NCBI GenBank assembly: GCA_963820525.1
Contig: CAWGAA010000001.1
Coordinates: forward strand, 2,976,001-3,040,000
Length of the DNA: 64,000 nucleotides
Origin: an uncultured Spirochaetota bacterium
Lineage (GTDB): Bacteria > Spirochaetota > Spirochaetia > SZUA-6 > Fen-1364
Direction: 5' to 3'
Positions 1 to 9,064 of the stretch are shown here, in pieces. A model generated the notes under the pieces. It was not told the DNA's origin, did not search any database, and was given only the letters and a program-made list of their open reading frames with translations. A program made the translations under genes and the position numbers. How positions within the stretch are numbered: position 1 is the stretch's first letter; the number at the start of each line of letters is the position of its first letter.

Positions 1-156
1 GCCTTCCTGTTTCCCCAGACTCATCCGGACTGGGCGCGGGAGAGAATCGCGTGGGCCAGAGACCGCCTCTCCCCGCGTGAAACGGCTTCCGCGGACCTTC
101 CTCCCGGCCTCGCCCTTATCCGGGGAGGGGTTGTCGCAGCGCGGGAGAGCAGCTGA
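1..156 (+). CDS. Possible 3' end of an upstream gene (partial, unknown product)
   Basis: Frame 1 is open from the window edge to TGA at 154-156 (AFLFPQTHPDWARERIAWAR...); no recognisable motif. Confidence 0.3.
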   Translation, partial: AFLFPQTHPDWARERIAWARDRLSPRETASADLPPGLALIRGGVVAARESS

Positions 157-298
157 ATCCGCCGGAGTGACACCGCGCGCAAGCGGCAAATCCGCCCCGG
201 CGAAATCCTTCGAATTGCCGTCGCGGGAGCGGCTGACGGCATTCGCCGGTCCCACCCGCTGAAAGCGGCCCGCCCGAAACACCCGCCCCGAAACGCGC

Positions 299-328
299 TT
301 GACAGTGTGAGAGGCTTTTTCCTATTAT
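299..328 (+). promoter_or_regulatory. Sigma70-type promoter for tRNA-Ala
   Basis: TTGACA (299-304), 18-nt spacer, TATTAT (323-328), about 75 nt upstream of the tRNA. Confidence 0.6.
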
Positions 329-403
329 GGCGTGGTCTTAATCCACGGGTCGCCGTGTCATGGATTGTCGCCTGTTCGGCGAGCCGGCGGCGGCGTATGG
401 TTT

Positions 404-477
404 GGGGGCGTAGCTCAGTTGGCTAGAGCGCCTGAATGGCATTCAGGAGGTCGTGGGTTCAATTCCCGTCGCCTCCA
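404..477 (+). tRNA. tRNA-Ala(GGC), CCA not encoded
   Basis: Acceptor stem GGGGGCG/CGCCTCC with the G3:U70 alanine determinant; D arm TAGCTCAGTTGGCTAGAGC; anticodon stem CCTGA/TCAGG with loop ATGGCAT; T arm GGTTCAATTCC; discriminator A is followed by CTC rather than CCA. Confidence 0.97.
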
Positions 478-496
478 CTCAGACCAGTAAAGCTCG

Positions 497-2137
497 ATGG
501 CAAAAAACAACGGGTCTTCGAAGGATGGTCTCGATCCCGAACTCGCCCAGCTCCTCTCGATAGAGGGGCCCGGCCAGCAGGGCGAAGGAAGCCCGGAGTT
601 CAATACCCTCTTCACCGATGAAAAAGCGGCAGGGCCGGCCGCTGAAATAGACGTCACCAAGAAGGTCTTCGAGCCCATCACCAAGTTCCAGGAGGAGCCC
701 AAGCCTTACTTCCAGGACAAGGACTTCTACAAGAAAGTGCTTGCAGGCGAGGGCGAGTACGGCCAGAGGGTTCATGAGCTCCTGGGCAAGTTCATGAAGG
801 CAACCGACATCGAGGAGAAGTCCAAGTTCCGGGCCCAGCTCATTTCTGCGTACTGGGAGTTTGCGGGAAGCGTGGCGGGCCGCGTGGGCAAGGACCTCCC
901 GACCCCGAAGAGACTGCTCCTTCGATTCGGCATACTGTCTCCCGGCTTCCTCGCGGCCGAGCATCGCGACATGGTGTCGCGCATCATAGCCGAAAACACC
1001 ACCGGCGAGCCGATCTGGTACCTCGATGAGTGGCTGGAGCAGGTCGCCGCGGGACTGGTCCGTCCCTCCTCCACGGACGAGATCAAGCAGATCCACAAGG
1101 ATGCCGGCCAGAAGCTCGTGGACGAGGTGGAGCGGAAGAAGGGCGTTCGGGAAACGGAGCTCACCCTCCTCAGGGGCAAGATCGGCCAGATGGAGGAGCG
1201 GGAGGCGATCCTGCGCGAGCAGGTGGAGACCCTCACCACGCACGAGACGCGTTTCGAGTTTGGAGGCCTCAAGGCCTCCTTCAACGCGGCGCAGAAGGCG
1301 GCGTTCTCCCAGATCCAGGAGAGCCTGCGGCAGATCACCTCTCTGGACGCCCAGATAACCTCCTCCTACGCCGCCCTTTCCAACATCGACAAAGACCTTG
1401 AATCGCTGGCGCGGAAATCAGACGGGGTCTCCTTCGACAATGTCGCGGACCAGAAGACCGTGGCGCAGGAGTTTCAGAGCATTCGCCAGATGGCGAAGAT
1501 GACGGTCGGCCGTAAGGGAAACCACTTCCCCATCTTCCTGGCCCAATTCGTCCGGCCCGTGCTCCGCGAGATCGGGATCCGGGAAAACGTGATCGCCGCG
1601 ATGACCCAGGTGGAGGCGCTGGACCCGGGGCTTTTCATCCGGACCCATAAGCAGCAGAACGCCCGGATCGTTCCCAACATCCTGCTTCTGCCCAGCTACG
1701 GAGACACGGGGATATGCTGGGAGCCCTTCGAGAAGTTCAACCGCGCCACCAGCCGCGGCCGCATCGCGATTCCCATGTTCCCCAAGAACCTCCAGGTCAC
1801 CGTGCTCACCGCCCTGGCAGACCTGCGCTGGCATGTTGCCAAGGAAAAGGCGGCATACTACTGGATGGAAGAGGGCATTACGGGCAAGTACTACCAGTGG
1901 TTCACGGAGTGCAAGCTCAAGGGCGACGTGCGTGAGTACTTCATCCGCGACTACATGATCTGGATAACCAAGGAGAGCCAGGGGACGCAGAAGCTGGACC
2001 GGGATGTGCGCGGCATCTTCTGGCGCCTGATGCCCTTCCCGCAGGCCATCAAGGACAATCTGAAAAACCGGGGATTCGTTTACAGCGATTTGTATAAAAA
2101 GGACCAGAACATCGCCCGCTCAGACGGCTACTGCTGA
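497..2137 (+). CDS. Conserved hypothetical protein with central coiled coil (spirochete-type)
   Basis: 546-aa ORF with strong GC3 codon bias; C-terminal block GICWEPFEKFNRATSRGRIAIPMFP...YYWMEEGITG resembles conserved spirochete hypothetical proteins. Confidence 0.8.
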   Translation: MAKNNGSSKDGLDPELAQLLSIEGPGQQGEGSPEFNTLFTDEKAAGPAAEIDVTKKVFEPITKFQEEPKPYFQDKDFYKKVLAGEGEYGQRVHELLGKFMKATDIEEKSKFRAQLISAYWEFAGSVAGRVGKDLPTPKRLLLRFGILSPGFLAAEHRDMVSRIIAENTTGEPIWYLDEWLEQVAAGLVRPSSTDEIKQIHKDAGQKLVDEVERKKGVRETELTLLRGKIGQMEEREAILREQVETLTTHETRFEFGGLKASFNAAQKAAFSQIQESLRQITSLDAQITSSYAALSNIDKDLESLARKSDGVSFDNVADQKTVAQEFQSIRQMAKMTVGRKGNHFPIFLAQFVRPVLREIGIRENVIAAMTQVEALDPGLFIRTHKQQNARIVPNILLLPSYGDTGICWEPFEKFNRATSRGRIAIPMFPKNLQVTVLTALADLRWHVAKEKAAYYWMEEGITGKYYQWFTECKLKGDVREYFIRDYMIWITKESQGTQKLDRDVRGIFWRLMPFPQAIKDNLKNRGFVYSDLYKKDQNIARSDGYC

Positions 2138-2221
2138 TCGTGCCCCGGACGAGGTCGCGTCCGAATACCGCGGGCAGGGCGCCCGCTCATCAGGGGCTCG
2201 GCGCCTCGAATCCGAGATCTC

Positions 2222-2740
2222 CTACAGGAAACGCACCACCTCGTCCAGGCTTTTGCGCTCTTTTTCATTTTTCCGAATGAAATCCGGCCGGGGATATCCC
2301 AAAGGGGTCATGCAGAAAACATCTTCGGCCTGGGTAAGGCCGAGGGCTTTTCGAAGCGATCCCGGATCATACGCGGCGATCCAGCAGTTGCCCACTCCCT
2401 CGTTTTCCGCCGCGAGGATCATGTGGTCCATCGCGATGGCAAGGTCCGTCTCAAGCGAGTTGAAGCCGTCTTCCTGCCGTGTCCATGCTTCCGCTGCTTT
2501 TCCAACCACCACCAGGACGTGGGGAGCATCGCGAAACCATGGCTTGGCGTAGCACTGCCGCACCCGCGACAAAGCCTCCGGCGAGGTGACGAGGAGAAAC
2601 CTCCAGGGTTGGCGGTTCGCGGCCGAGGGAGCCATTCGACCCGCCTCCAGGATGCGCAGGAGCACATTCCTTTCCACAGGGCGGGAGGGATCGAAGCTTC
2701 TGACGCTCTCGCGCCGACGGATCAGCTCGCCGTACTCCAT
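2222..2740 (-). CDS. Nitroreductase family protein
   Basis: RRESVRSF, APSAANRQPWRF, DLAIAMDHMILAAENEGVGNCWI and LGYP motifs. Confidence 0.93.
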   Translation of the reverse strand: MEYGELIRRRESVRSFDPSRPVERNVLLRILEAGRMAPSAANRQPWRFLLVTSPEALSRVRQCYAKPWFRDAPHVLVVVGKAAEAWTRQEDGFNSLETDLAIAMDHMILAAENEGVGNCWIAAYDPGSLRKALGLTQAEDVFCMTPLGYPRPDFIRKNEKERKSLDEVVRFL

Positions 2741-2741
2741 G

Positions 2742-3014
2742 TCACTTCCTCTTTTTGAAGAGCTGGGGGATGTGTTTCTCGAGATTGAAGCGCACGACGG
2801 CCTTTTTCATCAGCCAGCCATAGATGAAGAACGCGAGAACGATCGACGCGAGGAATCCGAGGAAGAGCACGATCTGGAATATCACCGGGTTGGATCGGAG
2901 TCCGGGGATGAGGCCGGCAATCACGACGATGACGGCGAGCATGATGAAAATCAGGGCCATGTTGAAGACGAACGCGATTATCATGAAAAGGATCAGGTTT
3001 GTCGTTTTGCTCAT
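2742..3014 (-). CDS. Small two-TM membrane protein downstream of lspA
   Basis: ATG at 3014 overlaps the lspA stop; 90 aa with two hydrophobic helices (MSKTTNLILFMIIAFVF...). Confidence 0.75.
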   Translation of the reverse strand: MSKTTNLILFMIIAFVFNMALIFIMLAVIVVIAGLIPGLRSNPVIFQIVLFLGFLASIVLAFFIYGWLMKKAVVRFNLEKHIPQLFKKRK

Positions 3015-3538
3015 TTTTTGGCTCCCGAAGGGACAAGGAAGGATATGAAGAGCAGTATCCCCGCCACGACCACCGTCATGTCGGCGATGTTGAAGGTCGG
3101 CCATCTCTCAAGGCCCAGGATCCCGTAGAACTTGAAATCGAGGAAGTCGACGACCCCGGCGGGCCGGAAGATCCGGTCGACGTAGTTGCCGAGGCCGCCC
3201 CCGATCAGGGCCGCGAAGCACCATTTCTGGAACCCGGTGATCTCGTCTCGGGTGAAGAGGTAGTAGAGGAAGATGATGGCGATCACCACCAGGGGGAGCA
3301 GCCCGAAGAGGGTCCGCTGCGTTCCCATGGGGAGGTTGCGGCCGATGCTGAACGCGATGGCCGTGTTCTGCACGCGAACGATGCGGAAGAAGTCCCCGAT
3401 CACGCTCACCGGATGCCCGTAGGGGACGAGGCGGATCACGATGAGCTTGGCGATCTGGTCCAGGAGAATGATCCCCGCCGAAAGAGAGAGAGGGATGAGC
3501 CGAGATTTGAGGTCCCTTTTCTTTTTTCCCAACAGCAT
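3011..3538 (-). CDS. lspA: Lipoprotein signal peptidase II
   Basis: LDQIAK, NTAIAFS, GGGLGNYVDR, VVDFLD and PTFNIAD motifs. Confidence 0.96.
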   Translation of the reverse strand: MLLGKKKRDLKSRLIPLSLSAGIILLDQIAKLIVIRLVPYGHPVSVIGDFFRIVRVQNTAIAFSIGRNLPMGTQRTLFGLLPLVVIAIIFLYYLFTRDEITGFQKWCFAALIGGGLGNYVDRIFRPAGVVDFLDFKFYGILGLERWPTFNIADMTVVVAGILLFISFLVPSGAKK

Positions 3539-4300
3539 CTATAACCCCGTCGGTAGATCGAGATAATGGGTTTCCAGGCCGGTCTCCCGCGCCAGCTTTT
3601 CGCACAGGAGCCGCACCCCGAAAGTTTCCGTAAAGTAATGTCCCGCAAAGATAACATGGATTCCCGCCTCGAGGCAATCGTGATAGATCCCATGGGCCGG
3701 CTCCCCCGTGACGTAGAGGTCGAGGCCCTCGCGCACCGCCTGCTGGGACTCGAAGGGCGCCCCCCCCGACACGATGCCGACGCTCCGCACCTCCTTCGGC
3801 CCGAAGGGGAGAGAACGGACGGCAGTCGAGTCGCCGCCGGTGAGCCTGCCGGCCACCTCCTCCACGGTCATGGGCGAGGGGAGCACCCCCTTGAAGCCGA
3901 CCTTGACGCCCTTGTATTCGCCGAAGGGCTCGATCTCTTCCAGGCCGAGGTGCCGGGCGATCGCGATGTTGTTGCCCACCTCGGGGTGCATGTCCAGGGG
4001 AAGGTGAGCTGCGAACAAGGCGATGTCCTTTTCCACCAGGAGGCGCACCCTCTGGTACAACGTGCCGTCGAGCCGCACGGGGGCGCCCCAGAAGATGCCG
4101 TGGTGTACCAGGAGCATATCCGCCCCCCATTGGGCCGCCCTTCGGAAGGCTTCCCGGGAAGCGTCGACGGCAAAGGCGACCTTCGTCACCTCCTGGCTGT
4201 TTCGGGAAACCTGGATTCCGTTCTGGCTGGGGTCGATGGCCTGGGTGAGCTCGAAATGCAGCAGGTCTCTCAGCCACGTGTCGAGATCCTTGAGCTTCAT
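3539..4300 (-). CDS. Nif3-like dinuclear metal centre protein (YbgI/DUF34)
   Basis: NGIQV, VHHGIFW, AHLPLDMHPEVGNN and GHYFTETFG motifs. Confidence 0.95.
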   Translation of the reverse strand: MKLKDLDTWLRDLLHFELTQAIDPSQNGIQVSRNSQEVTKVAFAVDASREAFRRAAQWGADMLLVHHGIFWGAPVRLDGTLYQRVRLLVEKDIALFAAHLPLDMHPEVGNNIAIARHLGLEEIEPFGEYKGVKVGFKGVLPSPMTVEEVAGRLTGGDSTAVRSLPFGPKEVRSVGIVSGGAPFESQQAVREGLDLYVTGEPAHGIYHDCLEAGIHVIFAGHYFTETFGVRLLCEKLARETGLETHYLDLPTGL

Positions 4301-4435
4301 CGGGAAGGATTATACAGGAAAGCGCCGTGGGGTGGTACGTCGGGGCGATCACGCGTGTGATGGCCTGCCCGCTTGCGTTCACCCCCGCCATGCCATAAAG
4401 TCAAAGAAACCCGCCTTGCGGGGAGAGGAGGGGTC

Positions 4436-5803
4436 ATGGCTACCGCTTCTCGGCTATCCCGTTTCTCCAAGATCCTCTACGGCTCGGGCGACATCGGCTT
4501 CAGCCTCACAACAACGATCGTGGCCGCGTACTTCGCCATATTCCTCACGGATGTCGTGGGCCTGGCCCCCGCCGTTGCCGCGGCCGCCATCTTCATCGGC
4601 AGAAGCTGGGACTACGTGAACGATCCCATGATCGGCTACATCTCGGACAGCACCCGCACGCGGTGGGGCAGGCGGAGGCCTTTCCTCCTCTTCGGGGCGC
4701 TTCCCTTCGGCCTCGCCTTCGCCCTGATGTGGTGGAGGCCGCCCCTGGCGGGGCTTGCCCTTGCCGTGTACTACGGGGCCGCATACCTGCTCTTCGACAC
4801 GGCCGCCACGTTCGTCTATATGCCTTATTATGCCCTTACTCCCGAGCTCACCTCGGACTACGACGAGAGGACTTCGATCACATCGTATCGAATGTTCTTC
4901 TCAATCGCGGCGAGCCTCGTCGCCTTCACCGTGCCCATCGCCATAGTCGGAGCCTTCCGGCCGGAGAGCTCCGGCAGGGTGCTCACCATGGGGGGGATCT
5001 TCGGACTGGCCAGCGCGCTTCCCCTGTTCCTGGTTTTCTCCGGGACGCGCGAGAGGAAGGAGTACACGGAGGCGAAGCCTCCCCGGCTGCGTGAAACGCT
5101 CAAGGCGGCGCTGGGAAACAAGCCGCTCCTGCTCAGCCTGGGGATCTACATCTTCACCTGGGTCAGCATGGACATCATGCAGACCATCCTCCTGTACCTC
5201 ATCACCTACTGCTTCAAGCGGCAGGCTCAAAGCGACCTGATCATGGGAGTCATATTCGTCACGGCGATCGCCGCGCTTCCATTCTGGAACTGGGTGGCGC
5301 GGCGGTGGAACAAGAGGGCGGCCTATATCGCCGGGATCGCCTTTTGGGCCGCGGTCCAGCTCGTGATCATCACCCTTGGTCCCGGCACCGGCCTCGGCCC
5401 CATCATCGCCCTGTGCGTCATGGCGGGCATCGGCGTGGGAGCCGCGCACGTTCTGTCCTGGGCAATCCTGCCCGACGCCGTGGAGTGGGACGAATGGAAG
5501 ACCGGGGAAAGGCACGAGGGCACCTTTTACAGCCTGGTGACATTGTCCCAGAAGATCGCCTCTTCGGTGGCAATTCCCCTTGCCCTGCTTCTCCTGGGGG
5601 TGCTCGGCTACAAGGGCGGCGCCGCCGAGCAGCCGCCTTCCGCGCTTTTCGCAATCCGTCTCATCACCGGTCCCATTCCCGCCGTGCTTCTCTGCCTGGG
5701 AATCCTCTGCGCCATCCTCTATCCCGTGACTCGAACTATGCACGAGACGATCCTGAAGGACCTGGAGGCGAGGCGCGCGGCGAAAAAGGCGGACCCCCGG
5801 TGA
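4436..5803 (+). CDS. Glycoside-pentoside-hexuronide (GPH/MelB-like) MFS transporter
   Basis: DYVNDPMIGYISD.TRTRWGRRRPF, PYYALTPELTSDYDERT and R.EG.FY motifs; GAGGAG SD before ATG 4436. Confidence 0.92.
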   Translation: MATASRLSRFSKILYGSGDIGFSLTTTIVAAYFAIFLTDVVGLAPAVAAAAIFIGRSWDYVNDPMIGYISDSTRTRWGRRRPFLLFGALPFGLAFALMWWRPPLAGLALAVYYGAAYLLFDTAATFVYMPYYALTPELTSDYDERTSITSYRMFFSIAASLVAFTVPIAIVGAFRPESSGRVLTMGGIFGLASALPLFLVFSGTRERKEYTEAKPPRLRETLKAALGNKPLLLSLGIYIFTWVSMDIMQTILLYLITYCFKRQAQSDLIMGVIFVTAIAALPFWNWVARRWNKRAAYIAGIAFWAAVQLVIITLGPGTGLGPIIALCVMAGIGVGAAHVLSWAILPDAVEWDEWKTGERHEGTFYSLVTLSQKIASSVAIPLALLLLGVLGYKGGAAEQPPSALFAIRLITGPIPAVLLCLGILCAILYPVTRTMHETILKDLEARRAAKKADPR

Positions 5804-6933
5804 GCGGTATCGAGGTCCTCCCCGTCAAAAACGCCCGCGAAAAGCGGATCTTCCTCACCTTCCCCTGGCACGTCTACGCTCACGATCCCCTGTGGGTTCC
5901 GCCGCTCCTGCCCGAAAGGGCCAAGGCCATCGACCCCGCGCAAGGCGCGTTCTTCCAGCGGGGGGAGGCCGAGTTTTTCATTGCATGGCGGGATGGAATA
6001 CCGGCGGGCACGATTTGCGCCGGTGAGGACCGCGCCCTCAATGAGCGGGCACATAAGCGCGAGTGCATATTCGGCTTTTTTGAGTGCGTGGAGGACGGCG
6101 AGGTTGCCCGGGCCATGCTGGACCGGGTTTCCCGGTGGGGTGCGGACAGGGGGCTTACGTCGCTCTCCGGCCCCTTCAACCTGGATTACGAAGACTCCTA
6201 CGGCGTGCTGGTGGAAGGCAGGGACCGGCCCCCGGTGCTTCTCTGCGGGCACACGCCGCCCTACTACCAGGGGTTCTTGGAAAGCTACGGATTTCGCCCC
6301 CTTCGGGGAGACAATATCGCCTACGAGGTCGGCCTGGATTCGGAAGCCCCCGCCTTGCGCCGCGTAGCCTTGCTGGCGGAGAGGATCAGGAAAAAAGGGT
6401 GGATCTCCATCAGGACGCCGGATTTGAGCCGCTGGGAAGACGAGGTCGACGTGGTCCATAACCTCTTGAACCGCTCGACGGAACACCTGCCCGATTTCAG
6501 GCCCTACGAGCGGCAGGCCGTGGAGGCCCTGGTGGCTCCGTTTCGAAGCATCGCGGATCCCGACCTCATCCTCTTCGCGCAGGTGGACGGAAAGACCGTG
6601 GGGTGGTTCCCCGGCGTGGCGAACCTGAACGAGATCCTCATCCACGCCAACGGGCTTCGGTATCCCTGGGATCGCATCCGGGTTCTTCCCCACCTGAGAA
6701 AGAAGATCGCCTGTCTTACCATAAAGAGCGTCCTGGTCCTGCCCGAGTATTGGGGAAGCGGCGTCGCCCTCCTCCTGTTCGACGAGATGTCCAAGCGCGC
6801 CCGGGCCAAGGGGTACCGCTGGGTCGACCTCTCCCTCACCTCTGACGACAACCCCTATACGCCCGCCCTGGCTGCGCGCATGGGCGGACGCATCTACAAG
6901 CGCTACCGCGTCTACGGCAAAAAAGTGGGCTGA
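5800..6933 (+). CDS. GNAT family N-acetyltransferase (YghO-like)
   Basis: GTG overlaps the upstream TGA; FPWHVYAHDPLWVPPL, FGFFEC, GPFN, VLPEYWGSG and KRYRVY motifs. Confidence 0.85.
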   Translation: MSGIEVLPVKNAREKRIFLTFPWHVYAHDPLWVPPLLPERAKAIDPAQGAFFQRGEAEFFIAWRDGIPAGTICAGEDRALNERAHKRECIFGFFECVEDGEVARAMLDRVSRWGADRGLTSLSGPFNLDYEDSYGVLVEGRDRPPVLLCGHTPPYYQGFLESYGFRPLRGDNIAYEVGLDSEAPALRRVALLAERIRKKGWISIRTPDLSRWEDEVDVVHNLLNRSTEHLPDFRPYERQAVEALVAPFRSIADPDLILFAQVDGKTVGWFPGVANLNEILIHANGLRYPWDRIRVLPHLRKKIACLTIKSVLVLPEYWGSGVALLLFDEMSKRARAKGYRWVDLSLTSDDNPYTPALAARMGGRIYKRYRVYGKKVG

Positions 6934-7024
6934 GCAGGCTCATCCCACGGCTTGACATGATTTTTGGTTCTGGGGCACTCTAATGTGACTTTTTTTGTAA
7001 ACATTCAGGCAAAAGGAGATTGCC

Positions 7025-8188
7025 ATGAACTATTTCCTCACTGAAGAGCAGAAAATGATAAAAGACTTGGCGGCCCAGGTTGCCAAGGAGAAGATCGCCC
7101 CTATCGCGGCGGAGTTCGACGAGTCCGGCGAGTTCCCCTGGGAGGTCGTGAAAACCCTGGCCAAGGCCGACCTGTATCGGGTATTCATCCCCACGGAGTA
7201 CGAGGGGCTTGGCGGCGGGATCATGGAGATGGCCCTCGTGGTCGAGGAGCTTTCCAAGGCCTGCGGCGGGATCGCCCTGTGCTATGCCGCCTCCGGGCTG
7301 GGCACCATCCCCATAATCCTGTTCGGCACCGAAGAGCAGAAGAAGAAGTACCTGCCGCGCCTGGCGGCCGGCGAGATCCTGGGGGCCTTTGCCCTCACCG
7401 AGGCCAATGCGGGAAGCGACGCGGCCGGGGTAAAAACCAAGGCTATTGCCGACGGCGACAACTACATCATGAACGGCACAAAGCAGTGGATATCCAACGG
7501 CGGGGAGGCCTTCATTTATACCGTCATTGCCCTCACGGATCCCACCCGGGGAGTACGGGGATCATCGGCAATCCTCGTTGAAAAGGACACCCCGGGATTC
7601 ACTTTTGGAAAAAAGGAAAACAAGATGGGGATCCGCGGCTCAACCACCCGCGAGCTGATTTTCCAGGACTGCAAGGTGCCCAAGGCCAACCTCCTGGGCA
7701 AGGAAGGCATGGGATTCCTGGTGGCCATGAAGACCCTGGACCAGTCGCGGCCCGGCGTCGCGGCCCAGGCCTTGGGGATTGCCCAGGGAGCCCTGGACAA
7801 GGCCGTGGAGTATTCGCGGGAGCGTGTGCAGTTCGGAAAGCCCATCTCGTCGTTTCAGGGCATGCAGTTCATGCTGGCCGACATGGCAACCCAGGTGGAG
7901 GCTGCCCGCGCCCTCACATACTATGCGGCGCGGACTATCGACTCGGGCGAAAAGGACGTTGCCAAGATCGCGTCCATGGCCAAGGTTTTCGCCTCCGACA
8001 CCGCGATGCGGGTCACCACGGACGCCGTGCAGGTGTTCGGCGGTTACGGCTACATGAAGGAATACCCCGTGGAGAAGATGATGCGGGACGCCAAGATCAC
8101 CCAGATCTACGAGGGCACCAACCAGATCCAGCGGGAGGTGATCGCTCTCCACATGATCAAAGAGAGCGTGCGCTCTTCCAAGAAGTGA
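7025..8188 (+). CDS. bcd: Acyl-CoA (butyryl-CoA-type) dehydrogenase
   Basis: FALTEANAGSD, GTKQWISNG, KMGIRGS.T, R.QFGKPI, GGYGY and KITQIYEGTNQIQR motifs; AGGAG SD. Confidence 0.93.
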   Translation: MNYFLTEEQKMIKDLAAQVAKEKIAPIAAEFDESGEFPWEVVKTLAKADLYRVFIPTEYEGLGGGIMEMALVVEELSKACGGIALCYAASGLGTIPIILFGTEEQKKKYLPRLAAGEILGAFALTEANAGSDAAGVKTKAIADGDNYIMNGTKQWISNGGEAFIYTVIALTDPTRGVRGSSAILVEKDTPGFTFGKKENKMGIRGSTTRELIFQDCKVPKANLLGKEGMGFLVAMKTLDQSRPGVAAQALGIAQGALDKAVEYSRERVQFGKPISSFQGMQFMLADMATQVEAARALTYYAARTIDSGEKDVAKIASMAKVFASDTAMRVTTDAVQVFGGYGYMKEYPVEKMMRDAKITQIYEGTNQIQREVIALHMIKESVRSSKK

Positions 8189-8198
8189 GGACACGCGC

Positions 8199-8996
8199 GT
8201 GAAGGTCATCGTCTGCATCAAGCAGGTCCCCGACACCACCAATGTCCGCATCAACCCGGAGACCAACACCCTGGTGCGGGAAGGGGTCCAGTCCATCATC
8301 AACCCCTTCGACGTGTACGCCCTTGAAGAGGGCGTCCGCATCAAGGAGAAGCACGGCGGCACCGTTGTCGTGATCACCATGGGCCCGCCCCAGGCGGCGG
8401 AAGCGCTCCGCGAGGCCATCTCCCTGGGGGCCGACGACGCGTTCCTCATCTCCGACAGGGCCTTTGCCGGAGCCGACACCCTGGCCACCGCGTATGCACT
8501 TGCCTGCGGCATCCGCAAGCTCGGTGGCGCCGACATCGTGCTCATGGGCCGCCAGGCGATCGACGGCGACACGGGGCAGGTCGGCCCCGGCGTGGCGGAG
8601 AACCTGGGCATTTCGCATATCACCGACATCAGGAAGATCGAGGAGATTGCCGAGGGGAAGATCACCGTGGAGCGGCTCCTGGAGGAAGGATACGCCAGGC
8701 TCCGCACCGGCCTTCCGGTGGTGCTTACCGTGGTGAAGGAGATCAACGAGCCGCGGCTGCCCTCCTTGAAAGGGAAGATCGCGGCCAAGAAAAAAGAGAT
8801 CGTCGTCTTGAAGGCGGCCGATATCGGCGCGGACCTCGAACGGGTTGGCCTGAACGGATCTCCCACGCAGGTCATGAAGATCTTCACGCCACCAAAGCCC
8901 TCGGGCGGCAAGAAGTTCACCGGAGAGCCGTCCCGCACGGTGGCGCAGCTCCTCGACGAGCTCACCGCCGCGGGAATCACAATCAGGAAGAGTTAG
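8199..8996 (+). CDS. etfB: Electron transfer flavoprotein beta subunit
   Basis: KVIVCIKQVPDT, INPFD, FAGADTLAT, GRQAIDGDTGQVGP and INEPRLPS motifs. Confidence 0.96.
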   Translation: MKVIVCIKQVPDTTNVRINPETNTLVREGVQSIINPFDVYALEEGVRIKEKHGGTVVVITMGPPQAAEALREAISLGADDAFLISDRAFAGADTLATAYALACGIRKLGGADIVLMGRQAIDGDTGQVGPGVAENLGISHITDIRKIEEIAEGKITVERLLEEGYARLRTGLPVVLTVVKEINEPRLPSLKGKIAAKKKEIVVLKAADIGADLERVGLNGSPTQVMKIFTPPKPSGGKKFTGEPSRTVAQLLDELTAAGITIRKS

Positions 8997-9064
8997 AGGC
9001 GGCGGGCGCCGGCCGTGAAGGCCGCAATGGCCATGAGGCGGCCCGTCCCTTGGAGAGAAACGGC

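Noticed and set aside
150..262. GC-rich hairpins and GCTGAATCC resembling the 5' part of a c-di-AMP (ydaO) riboswitch
   Set aside because: The 3' conserved elements are missing and the region lies upstream of a tRNA promoter; pairing is explainable by GC content
404..497. tRNA as an integration site for a genomic island
   Set aside because: No integrase follows, and I saw no duplicated tRNA 3' end in the window
6975..7005. Rex-like operator upstream of bcd (AATGTGACTTTTTTTGTAAACATT)
   Set aside because: Only a weak match to TTGTGAA-N4-TTCACAA; cannot be supported without a profile search
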